The position numbers were made by a program, and so were the translations under genes. A stretch of 64,000 bases of DNA from Eledone cirrhosa (taxonomy: Eukaryota), in NCBI GenBank assembly GCA_964016885.1, contig OZ024740.1, forward strand, positions 82,088,001-82,152,000. The letters run 5' to 3'. This document shows, one piece after another, positions 24,172 through 36,914 of this stretch (its first letter is position 1; each line of letters starts with the position of its first letter). The notes beneath the pieces are model-generated. The model was given only the letters and a program-made list of their open reading frames with translations. It was not told the origin of the DNA and made no database searches.

Positions 24172-26880
24172 TAGGACAATGGGATTGGTGAGTTAATATC
24201 TGTATACAAAAACTACAACGGTACGCGATGGGGCCAACCCACAGCCCCGGCGGACAGAATGGAGAAGGCGTTTCCCCGGAGGACCGCACGGGAGACGCGC
24301 TGGAAAAGCCATTCCAACTCGCGGGGCTCACACTTGCGGCTGGCCAGCTCAGCGCCTATGGTGGTGAGTAAGGAGGTAGCCCTGGGGCCGAGGACACCAG
24401 AAGTTTCCACTCCCAGGGCTACAACCGCAAACTTGTCGGAGAGCGACCGGTATTTGAGGAGTTAGGCCACCTCAGCCCGACGCCCAGCAGAACTTTGGTC
24501 AGTCGCAGATTGCACCAGGTTGCGGCTGCAGAAAGTGTCGGTGCAAGTGGCATCCCAGACGAGGGGTTTTCCACCGCGGAACGGGAAGATGGTCATGCCA
24601 TCTGCCCTTTTGCCGTCCCCTAGATCCAGCCCCACCGGCTCTAGCTGGGAAGGGAAGCCTTCAGCGTTCAAGCCAGGCTTAAGGACCTCGTTGAGGACAG
24701 CATGGCGTGGAATGCTGCCATCACTGTGGCGACAGGAAAGCTGGTAGACGCCGAAAGAGTCCACGGCGGAACCGCAGCGACATTGGTGTGGCTGGCAGAT
24801 CCGGAGTCCGAGTCTCAGCGAAACGCCGATTCGCATGCTATGGTTGTCTAACTGCGTGCCAGTGGAGAAGGAGGGCATGGAGCCAGGCACAACTGTGGGG
24901 TTTGGAGGCCGCACGAAAACAAGCAAGGCGCTGCTTGTCGAGCTGGCGCGTGAGCCTGTCTGAGGCCAGGCTGCACAGGATGGCATCCTAAGTACGTTGG
25001 GGTGACTTGACGTCAATAGGGGGAGAAGGAGAAGGGACGTCTACTGGGCTAACTCCCAGCCGGTGCCACGTCTCACAGGCGGCCTCACGTTCTCTGAACA
25101 GAGAGGGTTCTGTTGTGTTTTGAAGAATCCTGCTGACGAGGACGCGGCACGAGGTTACCGACGAAAGATGGCCGGCAAAGCTATTGCGATCGGGGACAGG
25201 AGGCCAAGGTTGCTATACCTGACAGTTAAAGTGGACAGTTGCCACCCTATGTCGTCAAACTTGACGTTGCATATCCCCTCAGATGCTGCTCGGATACAAG
25301 TATCGAGGTCAGTGAGGTGAGATATCTGGGTGTAGCATGGAGCCCCGCGGAGTGTATAGAGGAGCTTCGGCATGGCGAAGCAGTTCCTCAGCAGAAAGAC
25401 AGCTGGTCAATACCAAGGGCGAACAGGAGGGGTCCCAAAGGGTCGCCCTGTCATACCCCAGTAGCCGAGGGTATGACCGTTTCAGTAGCAAGGAGCATGC
25501 TCGGGGCTCTATATGACAGGTAAGCCAGCAGGTAGGTAGAGGTTGCTGGGCTGAGGCAGGCCTCGAGCAGATGATTCCGGCGTAAAGATTTGAAGGTATT
25601 CCTAATGTCGAGTTGACAATGGAGTCCCTGGATGCCGGTTGCCATGGGCTGCTGTTGAAGAACTGCCTGGTTGCATGAGCGGCCCCCTCACAGCCATCGG
25701 ACACGCCGACACCCAGTTGCACCGGACTAAACTCCTCACCCAGTTCGTGTGTTAAGGACTTGCAGATCACCTTGACAGCTAGCCTCTGTAAGACATTGCC
25801 ACAGCAATGGGGCGTATTCCACCCTCTTTCTTCCCGAGAGCGGTGAGGCTGGCCGAAAAAAAAGAAGCCTCGGGTGTAAGGGTCCAGGGCACCATGAAGG
25901 AGACTATTGGTGAGCACCACAATTGCACACAGTAGGCGGCGCCCGGCCTCAGCGGAGAGGGGGATGTCAACTCCTTGAGGTGGCCTGGTCGGAGACCATC
26001 AACACCTCCGCAGCTGCTAGCTGGGAAGGACCTGATGGCGGACATGATGTCTGCATCAGTAGCCACAGGGAGCAAGTGGGGGTTGGGTGCGGGTATGGGT
26101 CTGAGATCAGTGGGTGGCTCAGGGTGTTTGAGCCGCAGAGCAGCTAGGACCTCCTCGGTGGGTTGGAGGACAGTGTCCTCTGAGGCAACACCTCTGACTG
26201 CGGCCGAGACATCACCCATGATAAGCTTGGCGTTTACCTGGTCACGCAAATGCTTGGCGCTGGCCTCGGGGGTGGAGGATAGGTGGTACCTGATGGTGGG
26301 GTGTGTGGCGTCCCTGACACGCTTGGAATGGGCGCTTGCCCAAAGGATGAGACATTGGCCTTGACGAAGGCTGCTGTTGACCAGCGACGCTCGAGCGTCA
26401 GGCAGCTCGCTGTGCCACCCGGTGGTGTGCTAGACGGCTGTGGCTGGGAAGACGTGGGGAAGAGGCAGCTCCTGCATCACCACACTGCGAGGGCATTGGA
26501 AGCTCGACGGATCAATCCAAAGCAGGTGAGGTGGTGGAAGCAGCCGCACCCCAAACAGTTCCGGCTCCTCTTTCGTTTGTTAGTGGTGCTGCAAGTGCTG
26601 CAGGTGTAGGCTTGGAAGGGTGGTGGAGTGGGCGTGGGGCTGGGGACTGGGGAACCAATCGGCATCAGGGATGGGTGACTGGTGTGTGTGGGTGGAAGGG
26701 AAAGTGCTGGTAAGAGGGCCACAAAGCTCACCTATATATATGGAGGTGTCAGAAAACAAGAGAGAAAAGAAGAGGCGCTGGAGGGGAGTCACTGATGCTG
26801 GGGCTGGCTTCCTCTTGTTAATGGTAGAGTTGTTGTTGTTAATGACACTGTTGTCGTCGTTGCCTTCCTCTTGTTAATGG
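24172..26880 (-). mobile_element. CRE-like non-LTR retrotransposon (RT + restriction-like endonuclease), degenerate and internally deleted
   Basis: N-terminal Cys/His finger; GVDGLRPGHLK, GGIRPIAV, QLGVGVSDGCEGAAH, QGDPLGPLLF; C-terminal CRCG..LSC..RHAVLN and RADGMTIFPFRGGKPLVWDATC; Y-x-DD region not found. Confidence 0.85.
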
Positions 26881-28178
26881 TGAAGATATAGAGCGAAATA
26901 CAAAATCCACCAGCAGACAATTATATAAAAAAAGTATATAGAAATAAAGTTAACATTTCTGTCTGGGATATAAATATTTGTTTTACATTTTCGCAAACAT
27001 CGTAACGATATTCTCAAAGGACGCGCTTACAATATTTGAATGTAACTGAACCGTCGTGTCATTTAACTTGAAAGGTGGAGTAAAGTAAAAGGAGAATAGT
27101 GAATTTGGAGTGTCAATCCCTTGTGTTTTTTTGTTTTTTTTTTTGTTTTTTTTTCAATACCGAACTTACAGTTTTCCAGGATTTATAGACTCATTTGTGT
27201 TTATTTTTCTTTCAAAAGGAATGGAGGCGTTTTGACTCCTCATGAAATGATGTTCGTCATCTATGGCTTATTCATATATATTATTTCATCCAAAAGTAGA
27301 AACAATTATTTCATAACTCTATAGAACGTTTAGAATGTTTGTGCAGTGGTCTGTGTCCAGCCAGGTTTGTACAACAGGTAAGAAAAATGATGATTCGGTT
27401 TCTTCTGATAGGAGCCTCTTCCACGTCAGAAGATTGAAGCGTGTTTTCTTGTCTTCTTCAATACTTTCATAAACGGCTTCGGGGATTTAAAACTTATGTT
27501 TCCATTGGTGCTTCCATTTCCACATGGTTCTACTCGGGAATTACCGGTAGATCTCATAAAACACTGTGATCTAATTTGCTTGTTGTCTATGTGAAATGTG
27601 TGGTCAGCGAATATTTCAGTCGCTGAAAGGCATATGAAAAAAGAATGTGTAGAATAATTCAATAATTACAAAAAATGTATTTATATTTCATTTTAAATAT
27701 TGTTTTCAATTCCAGATATAACATTTTGATATATCTTATTAGTAATATATATCTAAGAAATCTTGATTATATAAATCGGAAATATAACAGAACGTTATTC
27801 ATTTCTGATTTTGACGAATACAGCAAATACATATGTGATGACAATTTTACGATTTTCCAGTTTCTCTCCTTTCCTTTTTAACTCAAACCAAATCACATGA
27901 AACTGTCGTGGATTTATGAAACAGTTACTTTTGTTGTTGAATTTGCCGTCGTGTTGGCGTCTGGGTGTTATTATCTCAAAAATAAAATTATATATCGATA
28001 TCAGGTATGTTCTGAATGACGTTAAAGCAGAAACGACTTCTGCATAATCATTTGACCTGCTAAGACAAGCAGCCAAATTTTGATAAAATCATACTATATC
28101 CTCTTTATAAAAAAACGAAGGACGTAATTTCGTCTCTCTGTCTCTCTCTCTTTCCCTCTTCATTTCTCTCTCTCTCTC

Positions 28179-28244
<66 letters not shown>

Positions 28245-28253
<9 letters not shown>

Positions 28254-28414
28254 CGTCCTTTCACGCACAAGGCGCCAAGGTACGCATGTATTGTCCAACC
28301 AAGTGCCAGTGTGGTTCAATGGCGGGTTAATAAATTAACGAGCCAGAACAAATATAAACAAGGTTTAGTAAATAATGAAAAAGTTTCAAAATAAATTTTA
28401 AAAAATTGACTTTA
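28245..28414 (-). repeat. Inverted ~170-bp segment of the 483-bp unit at the array's left end
   Basis: Reverse complement of taaagtcaatttt...ggacgtatttcata; abuts (TA)n. Confidence 0.95.
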
Positions 28415-31400
28415 CGCCTTGTGCGTGAAAGGACGTATTTCATATTACTACTACCTCCACAAACGTTGAGAACAAACCGGGTCATTCCGACTGCTGCTGA
28501 TAACAGCGGTGGCTAGTTTGACCTACCTCCTTTTGCCTCTATCTTTACTACGGCCCTTGATAAACCTGTTCTACATCACCCACTCTCATCCCAGGAACAG
28601 TCTTTGATAGCGCTAGTTTGTGATTTAAATTCAGGAATTTTATATTCTTTGAATGAAAAGAACCTTCTGACGAGAATCTCTCTTTGCAACGAGGGCCGTA
28701 TGGCCTACGTTTTATTTTTGGGATTCGAAACCGATCGGTAAAGGTAACTATAGTAGGTAAAGTCAATTTTTTAAAATTTATTTTGAAACTTTTTCATTAT
28801 TTACTAAACCTTGTTTATATTTGTTCTGGCTCGTTAATTTATTAACCCGCCATTGAACCACACTGGCACTTGGTTGGACAATACATGCGTACCTTGGCGC
28901 CTTGTGCGTGAAAGGACGTATTTCATATTACTACTACCTCCACAAACGTTGAGAACAAACCGGGTCATTCCGACTGCTGCTGATAACAGCGGTGGCTAGT
29001 TTGACCTACCTCCTTTTGCCTCTATCTTTACTACGGCCCTTGATAAACCTGTTCTACATCATCCACTCTCATCCCAGGAACAGTCTTTGATAGCGCTAGT
29101 TTGTGATTTAAATTCAGGAATTTTATATTCTTTGAATGAAAAGAACCTTCTGACGAGAATCTCTCTTTGCAACGAGGGCCGTATGGCCTACGTTTTATTT
29201 TTGGGATTCGAAACCGATCGGTAAAGGTAACTATAGTAGGTAAAGTCAATTTTTTAAAATTTATTTTGAAACTTTTTCATTATTTACTAAACCTTGTTTA
29301 TATTTGTTCTGGCTCGTTAATTTATTAACCCGCCATTGAACCACACTGGCACTTGGTTGGACAATACATGCGTACCTTGGCGCCTTGTGCGTGAAAGGAC
29401 GTATTTCATATTACTACTACCTCCACAAACGTTGAGAACAAACCGGGTCATTCCGACTGCTGCTGATAACAGCGGTGGCTAGTTTGACCTACCTCCTTTT
29501 GCCTCTATCTTTACTACGGCCCTTGATAAACCTGTTCTACATCATCCACTCTCATCCCAGGAACAGTCTTTGATAGCGCTAGTTTGTGATTTAAATTCAG
29601 GAATTTTATATTCTTTGAATGAAAAGAACCTTCTGACGAGAATCTCTCTTTGCAACGAGGGCCGTATGGCCTACGTTTTATTTTTGGGATTCGAAACCGA
29701 TCGGTAAAGGTAACTATAGTAGGTAAAGTCAATTTTTTAAAATTTATTTTGAAACTTTTTCATTATTTACTAAACCTTGTTTATATTTGTTCTGGCTCGT
29801 TAATTTATTAACCCGCCATTGAACCACACTGGCACTTGGTTGGACAATACATGCGTACCTTGGCGCCTTGTGCGTGAAAGGACGTATTTCATATTACTAC
29901 TACCTCCACAAACGTTGAGAACAAACCGGGTCATTCCGACTGCTGCTGATAACAGCGGTGGCTAGTTTGACCTACCTCCTTTTGCCTCTATCTTTACTAC
30001 GGCCCTTGATAAACCTGTTCTACATCATCCACTCTCATCCCAGGAACAGTCTTTGATAGCGCTAGTTTGTGATTTAAATTCAGGAATTTTATATTCTTTG
30101 AATGAAAAGAACCTTCTGACGAGAATCTCTCTTTGCAACGAGGGCCGTATGGCCTACGTTTTATTTTTGGGATTCGAAACCGATCGGTAAAGGTAACTAT
30201 AGTAGGTAAAGTCAATTTTTTAAAATTTATTTTGAAACTTTTTCATTATTTACTAAACCTTGTTTATATTTGTTCTGGCTCGTTAATTTATTAACCCGCC
30301 ATTGAACCACACTGGCACTTGGTTGGACAATACATGCGTACCTTGGCGCCTTGTGCGTGAAAGGACGTATTTCATATTACTACTACCTCCACAAACGTTG
30401 AGAACAAACCGGGTCATTCCGACTGCTGCTGATAACAGCGGTGGCTAGTTTGACCTACCTCCTTTTGCCTCTATCTTTACTACGGCCCTTGATAAACCTG
30501 TTCTACATCATCCACTCTCATCCCAGGAACAGTCTTTGATAGCGCTAGTTTGTGATTTAAATTCAGGAATTTTATATTCTTTGAATGAAAAGAACCTTCT
30601 GACGAGAATCTCTCTTTGCAACGAGGGCCGTATGGCCTACGTTTTATTTTTGGGATTCGAAACCGATCGGTAAAGGTAACTATAGTAGGTAAAGTCAATT
30701 TTTTAAAATTTATTTTGAAACTTTTTCATTATTTACTAAACCTTGTTTATATTTGTTCTGGCTCGTTAATTTATTAACCCGCCATTGAACCACACTGGCA
30801 CTTGGTTGGACAATACATGCGTACCTTGGCGCCTTGTGCGTGAAAGGACGTATTTCATATTACTACTACCTCCACAAACGTTGAGAACAAACCGGGTCAT
30901 TCCGACTGCTGCTGATAACAGCGGTGGCTAGTTTGACCTACCTCCTTTTGCCTCTATCTTTACTACGGCCCTTGATAAACCTGTTCTACATCATCCACTC
31001 TCATCCCAGGAACAGTCTTTGATAGCGCTAGTTTGTGATTTAAATTCAGGAATTTTATATTCTTTGAATGAAAAGAACCTTCTGACGAGAATCTCTCTTT
31101 GCAACGAGGGCCGTATGGCCTACGTTTTATTTTTGGGATTCGAAACCGATCGGTAAAGGTAACTATAGTAGGTAAAGTCAATTTTTTAAAATTTATTTTG
31201 AAACTTTTTCATTATTTACTAAACCTTGTTTATATTTGTTCTGGCTCGTTAATTTATTAACCCGCCATTGAACCACACTGGCACTTGGTTGGACAATACA
31301 TGCGTACCTTGGCGCCTTGTGCGTGAAAGGACGTATTTCATATTACTACTACCTCCACAAACGTTGAGAACAAACCGGGTCATTCCGACTGCTGCTGATA

Positions 31401-32676
31401 ACAGCGGTGGCTAGTTTGACCTACCTCCTTTTGCCTCTATCTTTACTACGGCCCTTGATAAACCTGTTCTACATCATCCACTCTCATCCCAGGAACAGTC
31501 TTTGATAGCGCTAGTTTGTGATTTAAATTCAGGAATTTTATATTCTTTGAATGAAAAGAACCTTCTGACGAGAATCTCTCTTTGCAACGAGGGCCGTATG
31601 GCCTACGTTTTATTTTTGGGATTCGAAACCGATCGGTAAAGGTAACTATAGTAGGTAAAGTCAATTTTTTAAAATTTATTTTGAAACTTTTTCATTATTT
31701 ACTAAACCTTGTTTATATTTGTTCTGGCTCGTTAATTTATTAACCCGCCATTGAACCACACTGGCACTTGGTTGGACAATACATGCGTACCTTGGCGCCT
31801 TGTGCGTGAAAGGACGTATTTCATATTACTACTACCTCCACAAACGTTGAGAACAAACCGGGTCATTCCGACTGCTGCTGATAACAGCGGTGGCTAGTTT
31901 GACCTACCTCCTTTTGCCTCTATCTTTACTACGGCCCTTGATAAACCTGTTCTACATCATCCACTCTCATCCCAGGAACAGTCTTTGATAGCGCTAGTTT
32001 GTGATTTAAATTCAGGAATTTTATATTCTTTGAATGAAAAGAACCTTCTGACGAGAATCTCTCTATGCAACGAGGGCCGTATGGCCTACGTTTTATTTTT
32101 GGGATTCGAAACCGATCGGTAAAGGTAACTATAGTAGGTAAAGTCAATTTTTTAAAATTTATTTTGAAACTTTTTCATTATTTACTAAACCTTGTTTATA
32201 TTTGTTCTGGCTCGTTAATTTATTAACCCGCCATTGAACCACACTGGCACTTGGTTGGACAATACATGCGTACCTTGGCGCCTTGTGCGTGAAAGGACGT
32301 ATTTCATATTACTACTACCTCCACAAACGTTGAGAACAAACCGGGTCATTCCGACTGCTGCTGATAACAGCGGTGGCTAGTTTGACCTACCTCCTTTTGC
32401 CTCTATCTTTACTACGGCCCTTGATAAACCTGTTCTACATCATCCACTCTCATCCCAGGAACAGTCTTTGATAGCGCTAGTTTGTGATTTAAATTCAGGA
32501 ATTTTATATTCTTTGAATGAAAAGAACCTTCTGACGAGAATCTCTCTTTGCAACGAGGGCCGTATGGCCTACGTTTTATTTTTGGGATTCGAAACCGATC
32601 GGTAAAGGTAACTATAGTAGGTAAAGTCAATTTTTTAAAATTTATTTTGAAACTTTTTCATTATTTACTAAACCTT

Positions 32677-32683
<7 letters not shown>
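28415..32683 (+). repeat. 483-bp tandem array (~8.8 near-identical units), each with a type I hammerhead; retrozyme-like
   Basis: Exact 483-bp period (ORF track repeats at 28548, 29031 ... 32412); only two substitutions noticed (~28580, ~32065). Confidence 0.98.
28662..28745 (+). ncRNA. Type I hammerhead ribozyme, first of 9 copies (+483 bp each)
   Basis: Stem I acctt/aaggt; CTGACGA 28667-28673; stem II gaatct/ggattc capping two small hairpins; GAAA 28727-28730; palindromic stem III accgatcggt; GUA triplet, predicted cuts after 28740, 29223, 29706, 30189, 30672, 31155, 31638, 32121, 32604. Confidence 0.92.
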
Positions 32684-32711
<28 letters not shown>

Positions 32712-33106
32712 TGACGTAAAATAAGAAAATTATAAAATTAACTTACTTACTAAAATTTCACTCCCAACTAATTAGTTTATGAAATGGAATAAATATACTT
32801 TCCGAAGAAAATAAAGAGAATCATTTCGTCGTCAGGGAAGACTATTCTCAGCTAAGTATCCAGGCAAAGCGAGGAATCTGGAAACTTATACAAAAATAAT
32901 TCAGTGGATAGAAAATAGCAAAGCGTGGACTGAATTCCTAGCCATTGAGAAAATCACTGCCTCTGCGTCGGTGGCAAATTCAAAAAGAATCAATCACGTG
33001 ACATCGAGGTCAATCAGAGGAAAGTGGTTTGTTAATAAGACAGCGGCCTGCCTGCTACCATAGCGGCAGTCTTGGCCAATATTGCTCGACAAATAATTTG
33101 GAGATA

Positions 33107-33352
33107 ATTATAAAGAATTAATATCTAGTAACATATATATACATAAAGATGCATATCAATGCTAGCAAATATATAGGTTTTGTCTTAGTAACTTTGTGGG
33201 TCAATGCATGGGGTTGCAGAACAATAATATGATTTTACGTCTCTCATACTGCAACCCCATGCATTGAACCACAAAGTTACTAAGACAAAACCTATATATT
33301 TGCTAGCATTGATATGCATCTGTATGTATATATATGTTACTAGATATTAATT

Positions 33353-33360
<8 letters not shown>
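33107..33360. repeat. Inverted repeat, ~110-bp arms and ~30-bp spacer, abutting (TA)n
   Basis: taaagaattaatatctag...ggttgcag / ctgcaacc...ctagatattaattcttta. Confidence 0.93.
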
Positions 33361-33410
<50 letters not shown>

Positions 33411-33413
<3 letters not shown>

Positions 33414-33624
33414 AACCAGTAAGACCCCGACACTGAGCTCAAGCCGTTTCGACGGCTAATTCTGGAATTAGCCGTCGAAACGGCTTGAGCTCAGAATTAG
33501 CCGTCGAAACGGCTTGAGCTCAGCTGTCGGGGTCTTACTGGTTCCTATTACCCACTCTACTACCTCAAGTATTGAGTACTTTGGTGCGTTATGGTCCACC
33601 TGGTTCCTTACCACATTTCCTTCG

Positions 33625-33627
<3 letters not shown>
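33411..33627 (+). repeat. Rearranged (inverted + duplicated) 3' half of the hammerhead family at 2178-2270
   Basis: gaattagccgtcgaaacggcttgagctca occurs twice direct and once inverted. Confidence 0.9.
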
Positions 33628-33671
<44 letters not shown>

Positions 33672-33839
33672 CATATACTATAGACTGGAAATCAGGAAAT
33701 ATTAATCAAGACTTGCAGAACATTAATGAGGAATTCATTGATCAATCTTAAGCAAGTCCTGTCTATTTTCTGCCTAATTTCCAGTCATATATACATATAT
33801 ATATATAGATATGTATATATTGATTTATTTATATATATG

Positions 33840-35200
33840 AGAGAAAATACTAGTATCCGTCGTATGTAGGCTAATTCAGCTGTATGTAAAATGGATGTGC
33901 GTTACAAAAAATGAAGAGACAACCTATGTAACATGAATATCTTGATGATATCGTGTATATCACGTAAATTCCAAGGTGTATCCACAGAGTAATATAATAC
34001 AAAGTGTATAATCAGGATAAACTAGGAAACATTTTTGGAAGTTGGAAAGTATTTTATTATACATTAGTTTTTCTAACACTTGTTTCATTACAGTTAAGCA
34101 ACCCCCTACGAAAACTAATTACTATTTAATCCACGATCTCACAATGCTTAGTTAAGTGAAGAATATCAGAGCGTTTTGGGAGATACTGAAGTCATTGGAG
34201 GAGTTTCTGCCTGTATAGTAAATTATGTACGTAGGCAGATCTATCAAAGGTCACATACTAGATCATTTATATGTACATTTAAAACAATACGCAAATATAC
34301 ACGCATGCCTACAATACATTGGTATACAAATTGAAGTCCTGGTAAACGAACAGGAAAGTAACCAATATATTGTAAAAGTGGGTCATTAGCAGAAATAGGA
34401 GTATAGAATTATATTTTGTGAGCGTTCAGACATTGCCCATTGTAAGTTGCAATTCTCGAGGGGCGTTGACCTGGTAAAATCGTTAGGAGAGATAAAGTAT
34501 TTAAGAGACAAGAGCTAATGTACTACACAAGATTTATGGTAAAAGAACAAAGGAAAGACTGATTATTAGGAGATATCGTAGTTGATATCTAATTTAGGCT
34601 CGTTGATGGCGCCAAGGAAGATGTGGAGTGTGAGGTAGATTGTTGACAGCTTGAATTAAATTGATATATATAGCTGTAATAAATGTCTGTTAATGTAATA
34701 AATGTCTGTTAATGCTGAAATTATCGTGAAAAGAGTCGCAGAGATGCTGGATCGAATCTAATATGGTTATGATAGTTGGTGCTGTATGCATTATAGATCC
34801 TATAGATTTTGCAGAGCGTACCAATTGTTTTAGGCTCACATCGGCACATCATTTGGGTGACTCGTGTTGAAGGGGAAACAACTACAACTAGATCATATAA
34901 GTTGACACGTCGTTGAGCCCATTATCTAAACGATAGTGTAGTGCAAGGGATCTAAATTTTAGTTGATGCTGAGGAAGTATAAATGCGATATATTTGTATT
35001 ACCATAGGTAGTGTTATAGAACATATATAAATATATGTAGATTAATCAGCATTATAGAAAAGTTTATTCTATCAAGAATTATGTGAATACATAAGATTGA
35101 AATAGTATGGCTAGTATGATGAAAAGGTTCTCCGGGTTTTATTTTGGCAATTAAAAATGCTGTCATGCCTTCAGTTATTGTCCAGTAATAATCTACAGAG
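33840..35200 (-). pseudogene. Possible highly decayed Penelope-like RT relic
   Basis: Only acagacatttattac (TDIYY, PLE thumb-like) at ~34675-34710; weak. Confidence 0.25.
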
Positions 35201-35575
35201 CAAAGTTCGCAAATCTGTCATTTCCTCTGATTCGGCCGAGCATATCGTAAACTCGCCCATGATAACTTATGAAAGTAAGATTAAATCATTCTTTTTATCG
35301 AACTAGAGAGAGAGAGAGTGGGAGAGTGAAAGAGAGAGATGAGAGATAGACACACACACTGCAATATATCAATGTGTGTATCTAGAACTAACCAATATAC
35401 AGTAAATGGCATATAAAAGGATTTTCGTGGTTTTTACGGAAATATTTTTATGTAGGCTTTTAACACCATGGAATGTAAACCAAAACGAATAGGGTATGGT
35501 GACATTATACAAACGTACCTACATAACACTCAATCTTACTCTCTCTCTTTCACACATACACACACTCACATACAA

Positions 35576-35608
<33 letters not shown>

Positions 35609-36146
35609 ATTAGTATATTGTAAAGCAAATCTCTTAAAAGCAGATAGAATTATAGATAATATATATTATGTGAAACATTAAACGTCATGGAAAGCACAAA
35701 GTCACACGTATAGATTTATTCAATAAGATATCAATAATAAGTAAATAATTTGTAAATAAATATAAAAAAGAATTTGTTCTCCATATGTGAAAGTAGAGCA
35801 CATCAGAGCATGTTATTTTAGTTTAGAACATAACGGAAATAATTGCGACAATGTATGCGCATACAAACGAATACATATATTTGACAATGGTTCCTTACAG
35901 AAACAAAGGGTTTTGTTAACAGCATGGATTCAGAAGAAGTTCGATATACCTATAGCATATATATTCACTGAATATTGCAAAATATAGCATGATATTAAAG
36001 GAAAAAAATAAACATACACAAGCACACAGACACACATACATACACTCAGACCGACACCCTCCCACACAAAGAGTCACACACATACACACAGAGGCACGCA
36101 CACATATATGTGTATATATATATGTATATATATATATATATATATA

Positions 36147-36280
36147 TCAGATTCCTGATGATTTCTAAATTAAACAGTTCTAGTCCAGTAGAATCTCATC
36201 TATATTAAAACGTTTTACTCTGCTAAGTATTGAGTACCTTACTTACAGTGGTTACCTCCGATTCAACCCGGAATACCTTA

Positions 36281-36283
<3 letters not shown>
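36147..36283 (+). repeat. Copy of the 17.8-kb hammerhead repeat family (stem II/GAAA damaged)
   Basis: gattc-CTGATGA-tttctaaatt-aaa-cagttctagtccag-TA-gaatc, downstream sequence shared with 17900-17985. Confidence 0.75.
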
Positions 36284-36347
<64 letters not shown>

Positions 36348-36352
<5 letters not shown>

Positions 36353-36728
36353 TAAAAGGAATTCCAACTTCGATTTACTCGCTTTGTTTACAATCCTTTA
36401 AAATTATAATGATATTATAATGAAATAGTATGGTAGAATATTAAATGTTAAGTGTTAATTGAAAAAGTACTTTCATGCTTTCGCAATCTTCAGGTTCATA
36501 TTCAGTTGTGACAGTCAAGTTTGCAATTTTCAAATGTAATGAGATGGGTAAATTCTGTGCCTTATATTCAGTAAAAAAAATGGGCTCCAGAAACTGAAAG
36601 TACTTGTTCAATTAACACTTAACATTTAATATTCGACCATACTATTTCATTATAATATCATTATAATTTTAAAGGATTGTAAATAAAACCAGTAAATCAG
36701 ACAAAGTTCGAATTCCTTTTATTAATAT
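36348..36728. repeat. Inverted repeat (~130-bp arms, ~120-bp spacer) overlapping a minimal hammerhead
   Basis: ttaataaaaggaatt...gtactttca / tgaaagtac...aattccttttattaa. Confidence 0.9.
36460..36498 (-). ncRNA. Minimal type I hammerhead candidate
   Basis: Minus: tgaac-CTGAAGA-ttgc(gaaa)gcat-GAAA-gtac-TT-tttca; the other arm reads gttca, which would restore stem I. Confidence 0.62.
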
Positions 36729-36807
36729 AATCTTCATATAATCTTAAACAATAGCGTAAGGTCTTCGAAATGCTTTTAATTAAGCATAGAGTGTATTGCA
36801 AAATACA

Positions 36808-36912
<105 letters not shown>

Positions 36913-36914
36913 AA

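Noticed and set aside
27300-28080. Possible host exons (also 14000-14700, 18900-19340, 52700-53190, 54600-55200)
   Set aside because: No recognisable protein similarity or convincing splice structure by eye; needs RNA-seq or homology search
28741-28765. aaggtaactata resembling LSU rRNA / homing endonuclease site
   Set aside because: Only ~10 nt match; explained as the 3' strand of hammerhead stem I and its flank
28548-32630. Nine repeated 72-aa ORFs (MTLPTIV...)
   Set aside because: Antisense to the ribozyme strand, TTG start, no recognisable domain; a by-product of the tandem repeat
32795-32840. Minus-strand CTGACGA...GAAA hammerhead candidate
   Set aside because: Cannot form stems I, II and III simultaneously; at best a decayed copy
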